Positions 57,386-64,000 of a DNA stretch of 64,000 nucleotides are shown here, one piece after another (the first letter of the stretch is position 1; every line of letters starts with the position of its first letter). Under the pieces are notes generated by a model that made no database searches, was not told where the DNA came from, and worked only from the letters and a program-made list of their open reading frames with translations. The position numbers and the translations under genes are program-made. The stretch spans positions 109,177 to 173,176 of the forward strand of contig CAVRHC010000007.1 of assembly GCA_963720835.1 (NCBI GenBank). Direction: 5' to 3'. Source of the stretch: an uncultured Pseudomonadota bacterium. GTDB lineage: Bacteria; Pseudomonadota; Alphaproteobacteria; Rhizobiales; Xanthobacteraceae.

Positions 57386-58417
57386 ATGAAAATCACGGTC
57401 CAGAGCAAGAGCGGGGACGTGACATTTCAATGCGGTGAAGGCGAGACGATTCTTCATGCCGGACTTCGTCAAGGTTTGCGCCTTCCCTATGAATGCGCCA
57501 CCGGTACCTGTGGAACTTGCCGCGCGCGCGTCATGAACGGCGAGATCGCAGTCCGATGGAAAACTGCTCCGGGTGGCGCGCGCCTTAAGCCTGAAAAAGG
57601 CGATGTGTTGATGTGCCAAACGCGGGCCCGCTCGGACTGCGTGCTCCGGGTGCCGTCTGAGGTAGGCGCTTCATCGATCCCCTGTCCAGCCTCGCGCCGC
57701 GGTGTCATTCGCGGTATTCGCGGCCTAACTCACGACGTTACGCATTTCGATATCGAACTGTCCGAACCAATCAGTTATGAGGCGGGCCAGTTTGTTGTGA
57801 TTGAAGCAAAAGATTTGGAAGGCGGCCGTGCATACTCGATGGTCAATTTCGACCAGGCGACCGATAGAATTGGGCTTGTGCTCAAACGCAAGCCAGGCGG
57901 CGGTTTCAGCAATTGGCTGGGCGACGAACGGGAAAACGTAGAAGTCGAGGTCTTCGGTCCACTTGGACGGGCGGTGTTCCGACCGCAGGAAGAAAAGCAT
58001 ATCATATGCATCGCCGGTGGCTCGGGCATTGCCGGAATGATGTCGATCCTCGCCCATGCCGTTGACCTTGACTACTTCCGCGACCATAAGGGTTCCGTTT
58101 TCTTCGGTGTTCGCACGCTCGCCGACACTTTCTACCTTGATCAGTTGTCCAGTTACGTCGATGCGTCACATGGTAATCTTGACGTAACCGTTGCGCTTTC
58201 CGATGAAGTCGCTGCTGCGGCAATTCATAACGAATTTTCCAAGTTGAAACTCGCGAGCGGTTTCGTTCACGAAGTTGCGATCAGAGCAATGAACGGCAGA
58301 TACGACAACGCGATCGCGTTTGTGGCGGGACCGCCCCCGATGGTTGATGCCACCATCCGCAGCCTGATCGTCGGCGGCATGGCAACAAAAGATATTCGAT
58401 ATGACAAGTTCGGTTGA
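57386..58417 (+). CDS. msmD: ferredoxin-NAD(P)H reductase component (plant-type 2Fe-2S + FNR-like FAD/NAD domains)
   Basis: [13 protein letters not shown] cluster motif, RAYSMVN flavin motif, [12 protein letters not shown] motif. The start is taken at ATG 57386. Confidence 0.8.
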   Translation: MKITVQSKSGDVTFQCGEGETILHAGLRQGLRLPYECATGTCGTCRARVMNGEIAVRWKTAPGGARLKPEKGDVLMCQTRARSDCVLRVPSEVGASSIPCPASRRGVIRGIRGLTHDVTHFDIELSEPISYEAGQFVVIEAKDLEGGRAYSMVNFDQATDRIGLVLKRKPGGGFSNWLGDERENVEVEVFGPLGRAVFRPQEEKHIICIAGGSGIAGMMSILAHAVDLDYFRDHKGSVFFGVRTLADTFYLDQLSSYVDASHGNLDVTVALSDEVAAAAIHNEFSKLKLASGFVHEVAIRAMNGRYDNAIAFVAGPPPMVDATIRSLIVGGMATKDIRYDKFG

Positions 58418-59138
58418 CGCACTTTCGACGCTCAAGCCAAAGGCCGCCAATTGGCAACCGATATCATCGGCGGATGATGATGCATTGGCCCGTGCCCGGC
58501 GTGAAACCCTAAATATCGTGCAGTGGCTCGCGCGCATCGCAAACAGTTACGTTATGGCGCCACCACAGGAGCGGACAATACTGACATTTCTGCCTCAGGA
58601 TGTTGCTCTGGTGACGAAAACCTTCGAGGGCAATAAGTCGCTCCAAATGCGACTGCCGACGTTGGAAATGCAATTTCTCGAGCATGGTCGGCCGGTACCG
58701 CACATTTTCAATCCTGAGGAACACTCGCCGGCGAAGGCCGAAGCTTGGTTCTTAGTCGAGCTTCTTCATCGAGGTATCGATCGCGAAAAGTTTTCCAAGG
58801 ATCTGCCTTATGAGATTCCGAATTTGCTGAGCGGTGACGCTGAAGATTACTCGCCAAAATCTTGCAAAACGGGATTGGGGCAATTGACAGTTTGGTTTCA
58901 AAATGCCGCTGTGGCGTTCGCTACGGCGGGTCATGGCGAGACTTTCGAGTGCTCACCACAGACGCTTGATCTGACGGCCGCAAAAAGTGGATTTTCACTG
59001 GGCAGGGATGACAGCGTCGAGCCGTATTTTTACAAAACCGTGCAGGGTAAACAGTCTGTGCTGAAGGCGTCTCAGTTCGCGGGAGAACGAGATCCACTGG
59101 CGATGATCGTGGCTTTTCTCAACGCGCCCGCGAGTTGA
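58401..59138 (+). CDS. hypothetical protein, no family recognised, translationally coupled to msmD
   Basis: 245-aa ORF whose ATG lies 17 nt before the msmD stop. It has no TM segments or signal peptide and no motif I can assign. Confidence 0.5.
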   Translation: MTSSVDALSTLKPKAANWQPISSADDDALARARRETLNIVQWLARIANSYVMAPPQERTILTFLPQDVALVTKTFEGNKSLQMRLPTLEMQFLEHGRPVPHIFNPEEHSPAKAEAWFLVELLHRGIDREKFSKDLPYEIPNLLSGDAEDYSPKSCKTGLGQLTVWFQNAAVAFATAGHGETFECSPQTLDLTAAKSGFSLGRDDSVEPYFYKTVQGKQSVLKASQFAGERDPLAMIVAFLNAPAS

Positions 59139-60147
59139 CCGCGGAAATCCGCCGTTTTTCCGGAACTTTCGCAGCGTGCCTTTCGGCCGGCTTTTCGGCG
59201 GGAGGCGATTCGTCGTTGACCGCTTGTTCGCCGGCGAGACGTTTGCGCAGCTCACCGGACTTGTTGAGCTGCTGAACGACCGTGACGAATGCCTTGGCCA
59301 TCGGCAATACGATGTCGCCTTCTCCCCAGAACAAGCCAACGTCTTGGCTCGCCACAGGATCGACCAACGCGAGTGCGCGCGTGCCTCGGTGCAGTCCTGG
59401 GGCGTGAGCGAAATGCGACGGTATGATCGTGCAAAGCTCTGTGAATTGAACCTGAAACATGAGATGCAGGATCAATTCCAACTCAACGTGGGCTTCGGGC
59501 GCACATCCAACACTTTTGAAGACTTGATCGACGAAACGGCGTTCGTGCATTGACGGACGCAACATCGCCAGCGGAAGCTCGGCGGCTTCTTTCCATGTGA
59601 TGTTCGTACGATGCCGGAATTCCGGCTTGTCAGGGACAAGCAGACTCAATTGCTCAGTATAAATCGGCAATATGTTCTTGCGGCCGAGTTCTGCCTTGTC
59701 GAGGTAGGTCAGGGCGACATCGAGCGCGAATTCGTTGAGCCCCAGTTTCATCGCGTCGTTACCGATAAATTGTACGTCCACATGCACTGCGGGGTGTTTT
59801 TCTCGAAAAGGCTCAAGCATGGAAGGCAGGACCGGGGACATCGACGGCATGGCGCCCAAACGCAAACGGCCGGTCAGTTCCTTGCGCATCATCTCCACTT
59901 CTTTGCGCATGGCATCGCAGTAAGCCAGCACGCCGCGCGACCAATTCGCAACGCGTTCGCCCTCAGCGGTCAGTCCGTGAAATCGCTGGCCGCGGCCGCG
60001 AAGAAAAATCGGCACACCAAGTTCGAGTTCAAGCTGCTTGATGCCGCTGGACAGGCTAGGCTGAGTGACGTTGCAGCGCTGGGCGGCACGACCAAAGTGT
60101 CGTTCTTCGGTAACGGCGATCAAGTATCGGAATTGGCGAATGAACAT
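59119..60147 (-). CDS. LysR family transcriptional regulator
   Basis: MFIRQFRYLIAVTEERHFGRAAQRCNVTQPSLSSGIKQLE HTH and a LysR substrate-binding domain, with an extra C-terminal tail of about 45 aa. ATG 60147 is preceded by AGGTGA. Confidence 0.9.
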   Translation of the reverse strand: MFIRQFRYLIAVTEERHFGRAAQRCNVTQPSLSSGIKQLELELGVPIFLRGRGQRFHGLTAEGERVANWSRGVLAYCDAMRKEVEMMRKELTGRLRLGAMPSMSPVLPSMLEPFREKHPAVHVDVQFIGNDAMKLGLNEFALDVALTYLDKAELGRKNILPIYTEQLSLLVPDKPEFRHRTNITWKEAAELPLAMLRPSMHERRFVDQVFKSVGCAPEAHVELELILHLMFQVQFTELCTIIPSHFAHAPGLHRGTRALALVDPVASQDVGLFWGEGDIVLPMAKAFVTVVQQLNKSGELRKRLAGEQAVNDESPPAEKPAERHAAKVPEKRRISAVNSRAR

Positions 60148-60278
60148 GACCGTCACCTGCTTATCAGTTTATACGATAGTACTATTCGAAAATAGATACC
60201 ATCAAATGATTTCTATGATTCAACAGATCGTCCTTTTGGTGCATCGCGGTAAATCGAGTTGCGGCGCAGCATTGTTCG

Positions 60279-61061
60279 GTGCGGTCACGAGGTATCGCCG
60301 TGCCGATTTTTGAGTTGGGCTTGATTGCCATCCTAGGCCTCGTTTCCGGTTTGATGATCGGATGCATCGGGATTGGCGGAGTGATCTTGGTGCCTTCGCT
60401 TGTATTCCTCGCGGACGTTCCAATTCACGTCAGCATCCCGGCTGCGATGATGGCCTACATCCTCTCTGGCTTGGTCGCGACTACGGTCTTTGCGCGCAAG
60501 AAATCGATCGAGTGGCCGATGGCGATTTGGTTGTGTTCCGGCGCAATACCAACCGCTTTCATCGGCGCTTGGACGGTTAACGTTTTGAACCCGCGCATTC
60601 TGGAGGTCTGCATCGGATTTCTCACATTGCTGGCTGGGCTGAATGCACTGACGACACAGGCCGGGGGTGGCGCGGCTGCGCGTGCGGTTGTGCCAAAGAC
60701 AACGCTGGGCGTGGTTGGCGCTATCGCCGGATTTCTGTCGTCCCTGAGCGGAACCGGCGGGCCGTTGGTGCTAGTGCCTATCTTGATTACGATGAGTGTG
60801 CCGGTACTGACCGCGGTGGGCTTAAGCCAGGCAATCCAGCTCCCCATCGCTACAGCGGCGACATTTGGCAATGCGTTGTATGGCACGCTCAATTTGGAAC
60901 TTGGTGGTGTGCTTGCTCTTGCTCTGACCTTCGGATCATGGGGGGGAGCGCGACTCGCGCATGTGATGCCACGGACAATTTTGCGAAAAATCGTATCGGT
61001 CGTGCTGGTGGTGGTCGGCTTGTTTATTTTGGGCAACATTCTTTTCCGGCTGATGCGGTGA
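60279..61061 (+). CDS. TauE/SafE (DUF81) family sulfite-exporter-like membrane protein
   Basis: Polytopic protein with two repeated halves and a GIGGVILVPSL-type motif. The start may be GTG 60300 (preceded by GAGG). Confidence 0.8.
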   Translation: MRSRGIAVPIFELGLIAILGLVSGLMIGCIGIGGVILVPSLVFLADVPIHVSIPAAMMAYILSGLVATTVFARKKSIEWPMAIWLCSGAIPTAFIGAWTVNVLNPRILEVCIGFLTLLAGLNALTTQAGGGAAARAVVPKTTLGVVGAIAGFLSSLSGTGGPLVLVPILITMSVPVLTAVGLSQAIQLPIATAATFGNALYGTLNLELGGVLALALTFGSWGGARLAHVMPRTILRKIVSVVLVVVGLFILGNILFRLMR

Positions 61062-61068
61062 GGACAAC

Positions 61069-62073
61069 ATGGCGTTCGATGCCTCTGCCCTGACGCCGGA
61101 TTTCGGCGATCCGGCTGGCGAAGCGGAGGCATGCCGTGCCGATAGCGCACTCTTCGATTTCTCCTTTCTCGAGCGGGCTAGAATTTCAGGAAAAGGCGCG
61201 CTTGACTTTGTGTCGACATTCGCCGGGCGGCCGCTGATGCAAATGCGGCGAAACGAGATTGCTTATGCCGTGCGGGTTGATGTGGCAGGCCGCGCATTGT
61301 CGGATTTGACGATCTGGCGCATCGGCGACGAGACATTTGAAATCATGAGTGGCCGGCATCAAGACATTGCCGATCTGCACGGGTCGGCGGGTGCGGATAC
61401 CTTTGTCGATGACATAACAGAGGAAAGTGTTGTTTTTTCAGTGCAAGGCCCCAATGCGTTGAATTCCCTGCGTAAAATCGGTGACGTCAACGCCATCAAG
61501 CAGTTGCGTTACTTCAACTTTGGAAATGCGTGCTTGGGCGATGTCCCATGCACTATTGGTCGGCTGGGGTATACTGGAGAACCTGGCTTTGAGATCATCG
61601 CGAACAAAGCCAACGCTAAGGATCTTTGGCAGCGTTTAGCCGAAAATGCGCGGCCGGCAGGCTTCATCGCGGCGGATATTCTGCGCATTGAAGCCGGTTT
61701 CGTTTTATTCGCAAACGAATTTCTCTTGCCAGTCTCGCCCGCAGAAGCTGGGCTCGGCAGGTTTCATCTTGACGCAAAGCCCGCAAACACAACGATCAGA
61801 CTCGTCTCATTTCGTGCCGAGGCTGACAATCTAAGTTTCCCCTGGCGTCCGACTTCAAAGCTATATCGTCCCACTGAATTGAATTCGATTGTCGTGACGT
61901 CTGCATGCGACAGCATTGTCGCGGGAAGTATTCTCGGACTTGGATATGTTCCTGATGGCCACGATAATGCTACGCCGTTGCGTGACCCGACCGAGGCATT
62001 TCGCAATATCCGTCCAACGGCAATGCCATTTTACGACACGAAAAAGCATCGGCCGCGTCAACCGTGGACTTGA
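61069..62073 (+). CDS. GcvT-family (aminomethyltransferase-fold) folate-binding protein
   Basis: SFLERARISGKGALDF, GYTGEPGFEI and ILRIEAGF motifs of the GCV_T fold. Confidence 0.8.
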   Translation: MAFDASALTPDFGDPAGEAEACRADSALFDFSFLERARISGKGALDFVSTFAGRPLMQMRRNEIAYAVRVDVAGRALSDLTIWRIGDETFEIMSGRHQDIADLHGSAGADTFVDDITEESVVFSVQGPNALNSLRKIGDVNAIKQLRYFNFGNACLGDVPCTIGRLGYTGEPGFEIIANKANAKDLWQRLAENARPAGFIAADILRIEAGFVLFANEFLLPVSPAEAGLGRFHLDAKPANTTIRLVSFRAEADNLSFPWRPTSKLYRPTELNSIVVTSACDSIVAGSILGLGYVPDGHDNATPLRDPTEAFRNIRPTAMPFYDTKKHRPRQPWT

Positions 62074-62264
62074 AACAAGGCGCCGGAACGTGGCGGTTCA
62101 TGATGATCCGGGCACTTTCATAGCCCTTGGCGAATATACGATAGCCGTTGATTATTTGACTGAAACGCTGACGAAGCGGCCCAATGTGGCCTGGTTTGGG
62201 CTAGCCGGGGATGCTCGGCTGCTTTCCCAAACGATGAATAGGTACAGCAACAAAGGACCGGGAC

Positions 62265-63173
62265 ATGGCCGATAAGCCGGCGAGGAAAAAAGTCACCATC
62301 AACACCCTCAATAGCAAAATGAAAAAGGGTGAACCCATTACTCAGTTGGCTGCGTACGACTATCGTACGGCTGTCGTTGCCGACCGCCTTGGCATGGATA
62401 TTCTTTGTGTCTCTGATACTGGCGGAATGATTTTGTTCGGGCATCAGAGCACGGTCTCGGTAAGTTTCGATGAAGTGATGATGATGGCAAAGGCCATCGA
62501 CCGCGGCTCCAAATACGGCCTGCGGATGGTTGATATGCCGTATTGGAGCTTTCATGTGTCGCCGGAGCAGGCGGTCGCCAACGCCGGTCGCTTTGTGCAC
62601 GAAGCAAATGCCGAAGTGATGAAATGCGAGGGCAACAAGTATCACGCGAAGAATATTGAAGCCATCGTCCGCGCCGGCATTCCGGTGCAAGGGCATATTG
62701 GCATCACGCCGATGCGAATGCCGCAACTTGGGGGGTTCGTCGCGCAAGGCAAGACAGCCAAACGCGCCAAGGAAATGGTGGAAGATGCCAAGGCGATGGT
62801 CGACGCCGGCTGTTTCTCGATCTTATGCGAAGTGACCACTTCAGAGGTTGCCGAGTATCTGGCAGAAACCTTGCCCGTGCCGGTGATCAGTCTCGGTGCA
62901 GGTAATTGCGCGCACGGCGTGCATATTATCTCCTCCGACCTCTTCCATCTCTGGGAAGAGCATGTTCCGCGTCACTCGCGCATCTACACCGACCTCATTC
63001 CAATCATGGAAGATGTCATCACGCGTTACATGAAAGACGTGGTGAATCGAGATTATCCGGCCGCGAAAGAGACGGTTTTCATGGCCCCTGAGGAATCCCT
63101 CGCGTTTGCACAGGAAATGAAATGGGACCGCAAGGTCGACGAATTGCGTTCATCTAGCAAGAAAACCGCTTGA
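62265..63173 (+). CDS. PanB-family 3-methyl-2-oxobutanoate hydroxymethyltransferase homolog
   Basis: SDTGGM, VDMPY, MKCEG and ILCEV align by eye with E. coli PanB Asp45, Asp84, Lys112 and Glu181 contexts. At 302 aa it has a longer C-terminus than I expect for PanB. Confidence 0.75.
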   Translation: MADKPARKKVTINTLNSKMKKGEPITQLAAYDYRTAVVADRLGMDILCVSDTGGMILFGHQSTVSVSFDEVMMMAKAIDRGSKYGLRMVDMPYWSFHVSPEQAVANAGRFVHEANAEVMKCEGNKYHAKNIEAIVRAGIPVQGHIGITPMRMPQLGGFVAQGKTAKRAKEMVEDAKAMVDAGCFSILCEVTTSEVAEYLAETLPVPVISLGAGNCAHGVHIISSDLFHLWEEHVPRHSRIYTDLIPIMEDVITRYMKDVVNRDYPAAKETVFMAPEESLAFAQEMKWDRKVDELRSSSKKTA

Positions 63174-63290
63174 TTCGAGTTATCCGCTTTGGCGGTCACT
63201 GTTGACGGCATCGCTCCTGCCGTAAAATGGTGACCGCTGTTACCCAAATGTCCCCAGGACTCGCGGAACGTTACGCCGCAGGATTTGCCC

Positions 63291-64000
63291 ATGCCCGCCT
63301 CGCAACACCAAACGCCGAAGTCTGATATCGAGATTGCCCAGGCCGCCAAGATGCGGCCGATCATCGAACTCGCCAAGGAGAAGCTCGGTATCGCGGCGAA
63401 GGATCTCGAGCCTTACGGCCACTACAAGGCCAAGGTCTCGATGGATTACATCAAGTCGCTCGAGGGCAAGCCGAACGGCAAGATGATCCTGGTCACCGCG
63501 ATCACGCCGACGCCGGCGGGCGAGGGCAAGACCACAACGACCGTGGGCCTGACCGACGCGCTCAACTACATCGGCAAGAAGGCGATGCTGTGCCTGCGCG
63601 AAGCCTCGCTCGGCCCCTGCTTCGGCGTCAAAGGCGGCGCCGCCGGCGGCGGTTACGCCCAGGTCGTGCCGATGGAAGACATCAACCTGCACTTCACCGG
63701 CGACTTCCACGCCATCACCTCGGCGCACAATCTGCTCGCCGCGCTGATCGACAACCACATCTATTGGGGCAACGCGCTCGGCATCGACAGCCGCCGCGTC
63801 GCCTGGCGCCGCGTGATGGACATGAACGACCGCGCGCTGCGCGAAATCGTCTGCTCGCTCGGCGGCGTCGCCAACGGCTATCCGCGCGAGGCCGGCTTCG
63901 ACATTACCGTTGCTTCCGAGGTCATGGCGATCTTCTGCCTCGCCAAGAATCTCAACGACCTGCGCGAGCGGCTCGGCAACATCATCGTCGCCTATACGCG
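63291..64000 (+). CDS. fhs: formate--tetrahydrofolate ligase, 3' end cut by window edge
   Basis: My own translation from ATG 63291 gives [24 protein letters not shown]...[17 protein letters not shown]...[31 protein letters not shown]. It is open to the end of the window, and is absent from the ORF track because no stop is present. Confidence 0.95.
   Translation, partial: MPASQHQTPKSDIEIAQAAKMRPIIELAKEKLGIAAKDLEPYGHYKAKVSMDYIKSLEGKPNGKMILVTAITPTPAGEGKTTTTVGLTDALNYIGKKAMLCLREASLGPCFGVKGGAAGGGYAQVVPMEDINLHFTGDFHAITSAHNLLAALIDNHIYWGNALGIDSRRVAWRRVMDMNDRALREIVCSLGGVANGYPREAGFDITVASEVMAIFCLAKNLNDLRERLGNIIVAYT

Noticed and set aside
63174-63290. ZTP (pfl) or THF riboswitch upstream of fhs
   Set aside because: I could not find the conserved ZTP elements (a GACUGGCG-type P1, ACCGGG, or a 3' CCGCCUGGGC pseudoknot strand) or a THF consensus by eye. 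Only a generic hairpin is supportable without a covariance-model scan.
63240-63758. 172-aa minus-strand ORF
   Set aside because: It is antisense to the formate-THF ligase gene, which I translated directly from 63291 and which matches the family signature ([10 protein letters not shown]).
1-64000. CRISPR arrays, tRNA/rRNA genes, IS elements, integrases, prophage or known defence-system genes
   Set aside because: Scanning both strands by eye and through the ORF track, I saw no spaced repeat arrays, no cloverleaf-like tRNA sequences, no transposase/integrase-like proteins, and no nuclease/ATPase pairs typical of defence systems. The absence is by-eye only and should be confirmed with tRNAscan-SE, ISfinder and DefenseFinder.

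Overview
High-GC alphaproteobacterial chromosome segment. Gene content and synteny (ccmIEFH/cycHJKL-degP-two-component pair-glnE, then pepN) resemble Bradyrhizobium/Afipia-type (Nitrobacteraceae) genomes, but this is inference only. 1-29.9 kb is mostly core: a truncated nitroreductase, a tandem-duplicated outer-membrane beta-barrel protein, an AraC regulator, PepSY plus OmpR/HK, a lipoprotein, cytochrome c maturation genes, DegP, a second OmpR/HK pair, GlnE, a PAS histidine kinase, PepN, a DUF1185/amidohydrolase pair, a CDF transporter and a Gfo/Idh/MocA oxidoreductase. 30.0-37.4 kb holds an XRE regulator translationally coupled to a six-gene complex-I/group-4-hydrogenase-like membrane complex. 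Its large subunit has lost all four NiFe-ligating cysteines, so it is Ehr-type (energy-converting hydrogenase-related) with unknown function. This is the most interesting system in the window. 37.4-47.5 kb is an accessory catabolic region: a two-component flavin monooxygenase, TetR, YciI-like, a DUF1857-SnoaL fusion, two VOC extradiol dioxygenase paralogs, a class II aldolase-like protein, an FMN reductase and two secreted MBL hydrolases. A shared palindromic operator motif occurs at two promoters in this region. 47.5-64 kb holds folD, then a lower-GC island, then fhs (cut by the window end). The island carries a methanesulfonate monooxygenase operon (msmABCD, recognised by the hallmark Rieske CXH-X26-CXXH spacing), a divergent five-gene NitT/TauT-type ABC importer (msmEFGH-like), LysR, a TauE/SafE sulfite-exporter-like protein, a GcvT-family protein and a PanB-family protein. 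No rRNA, tRNA, CRISPR array, transposase or integrase was recognised. Three genes look frameshifted. Many long ORFs in the six-frame track are antisense or alternate-frame artefacts of high GC.
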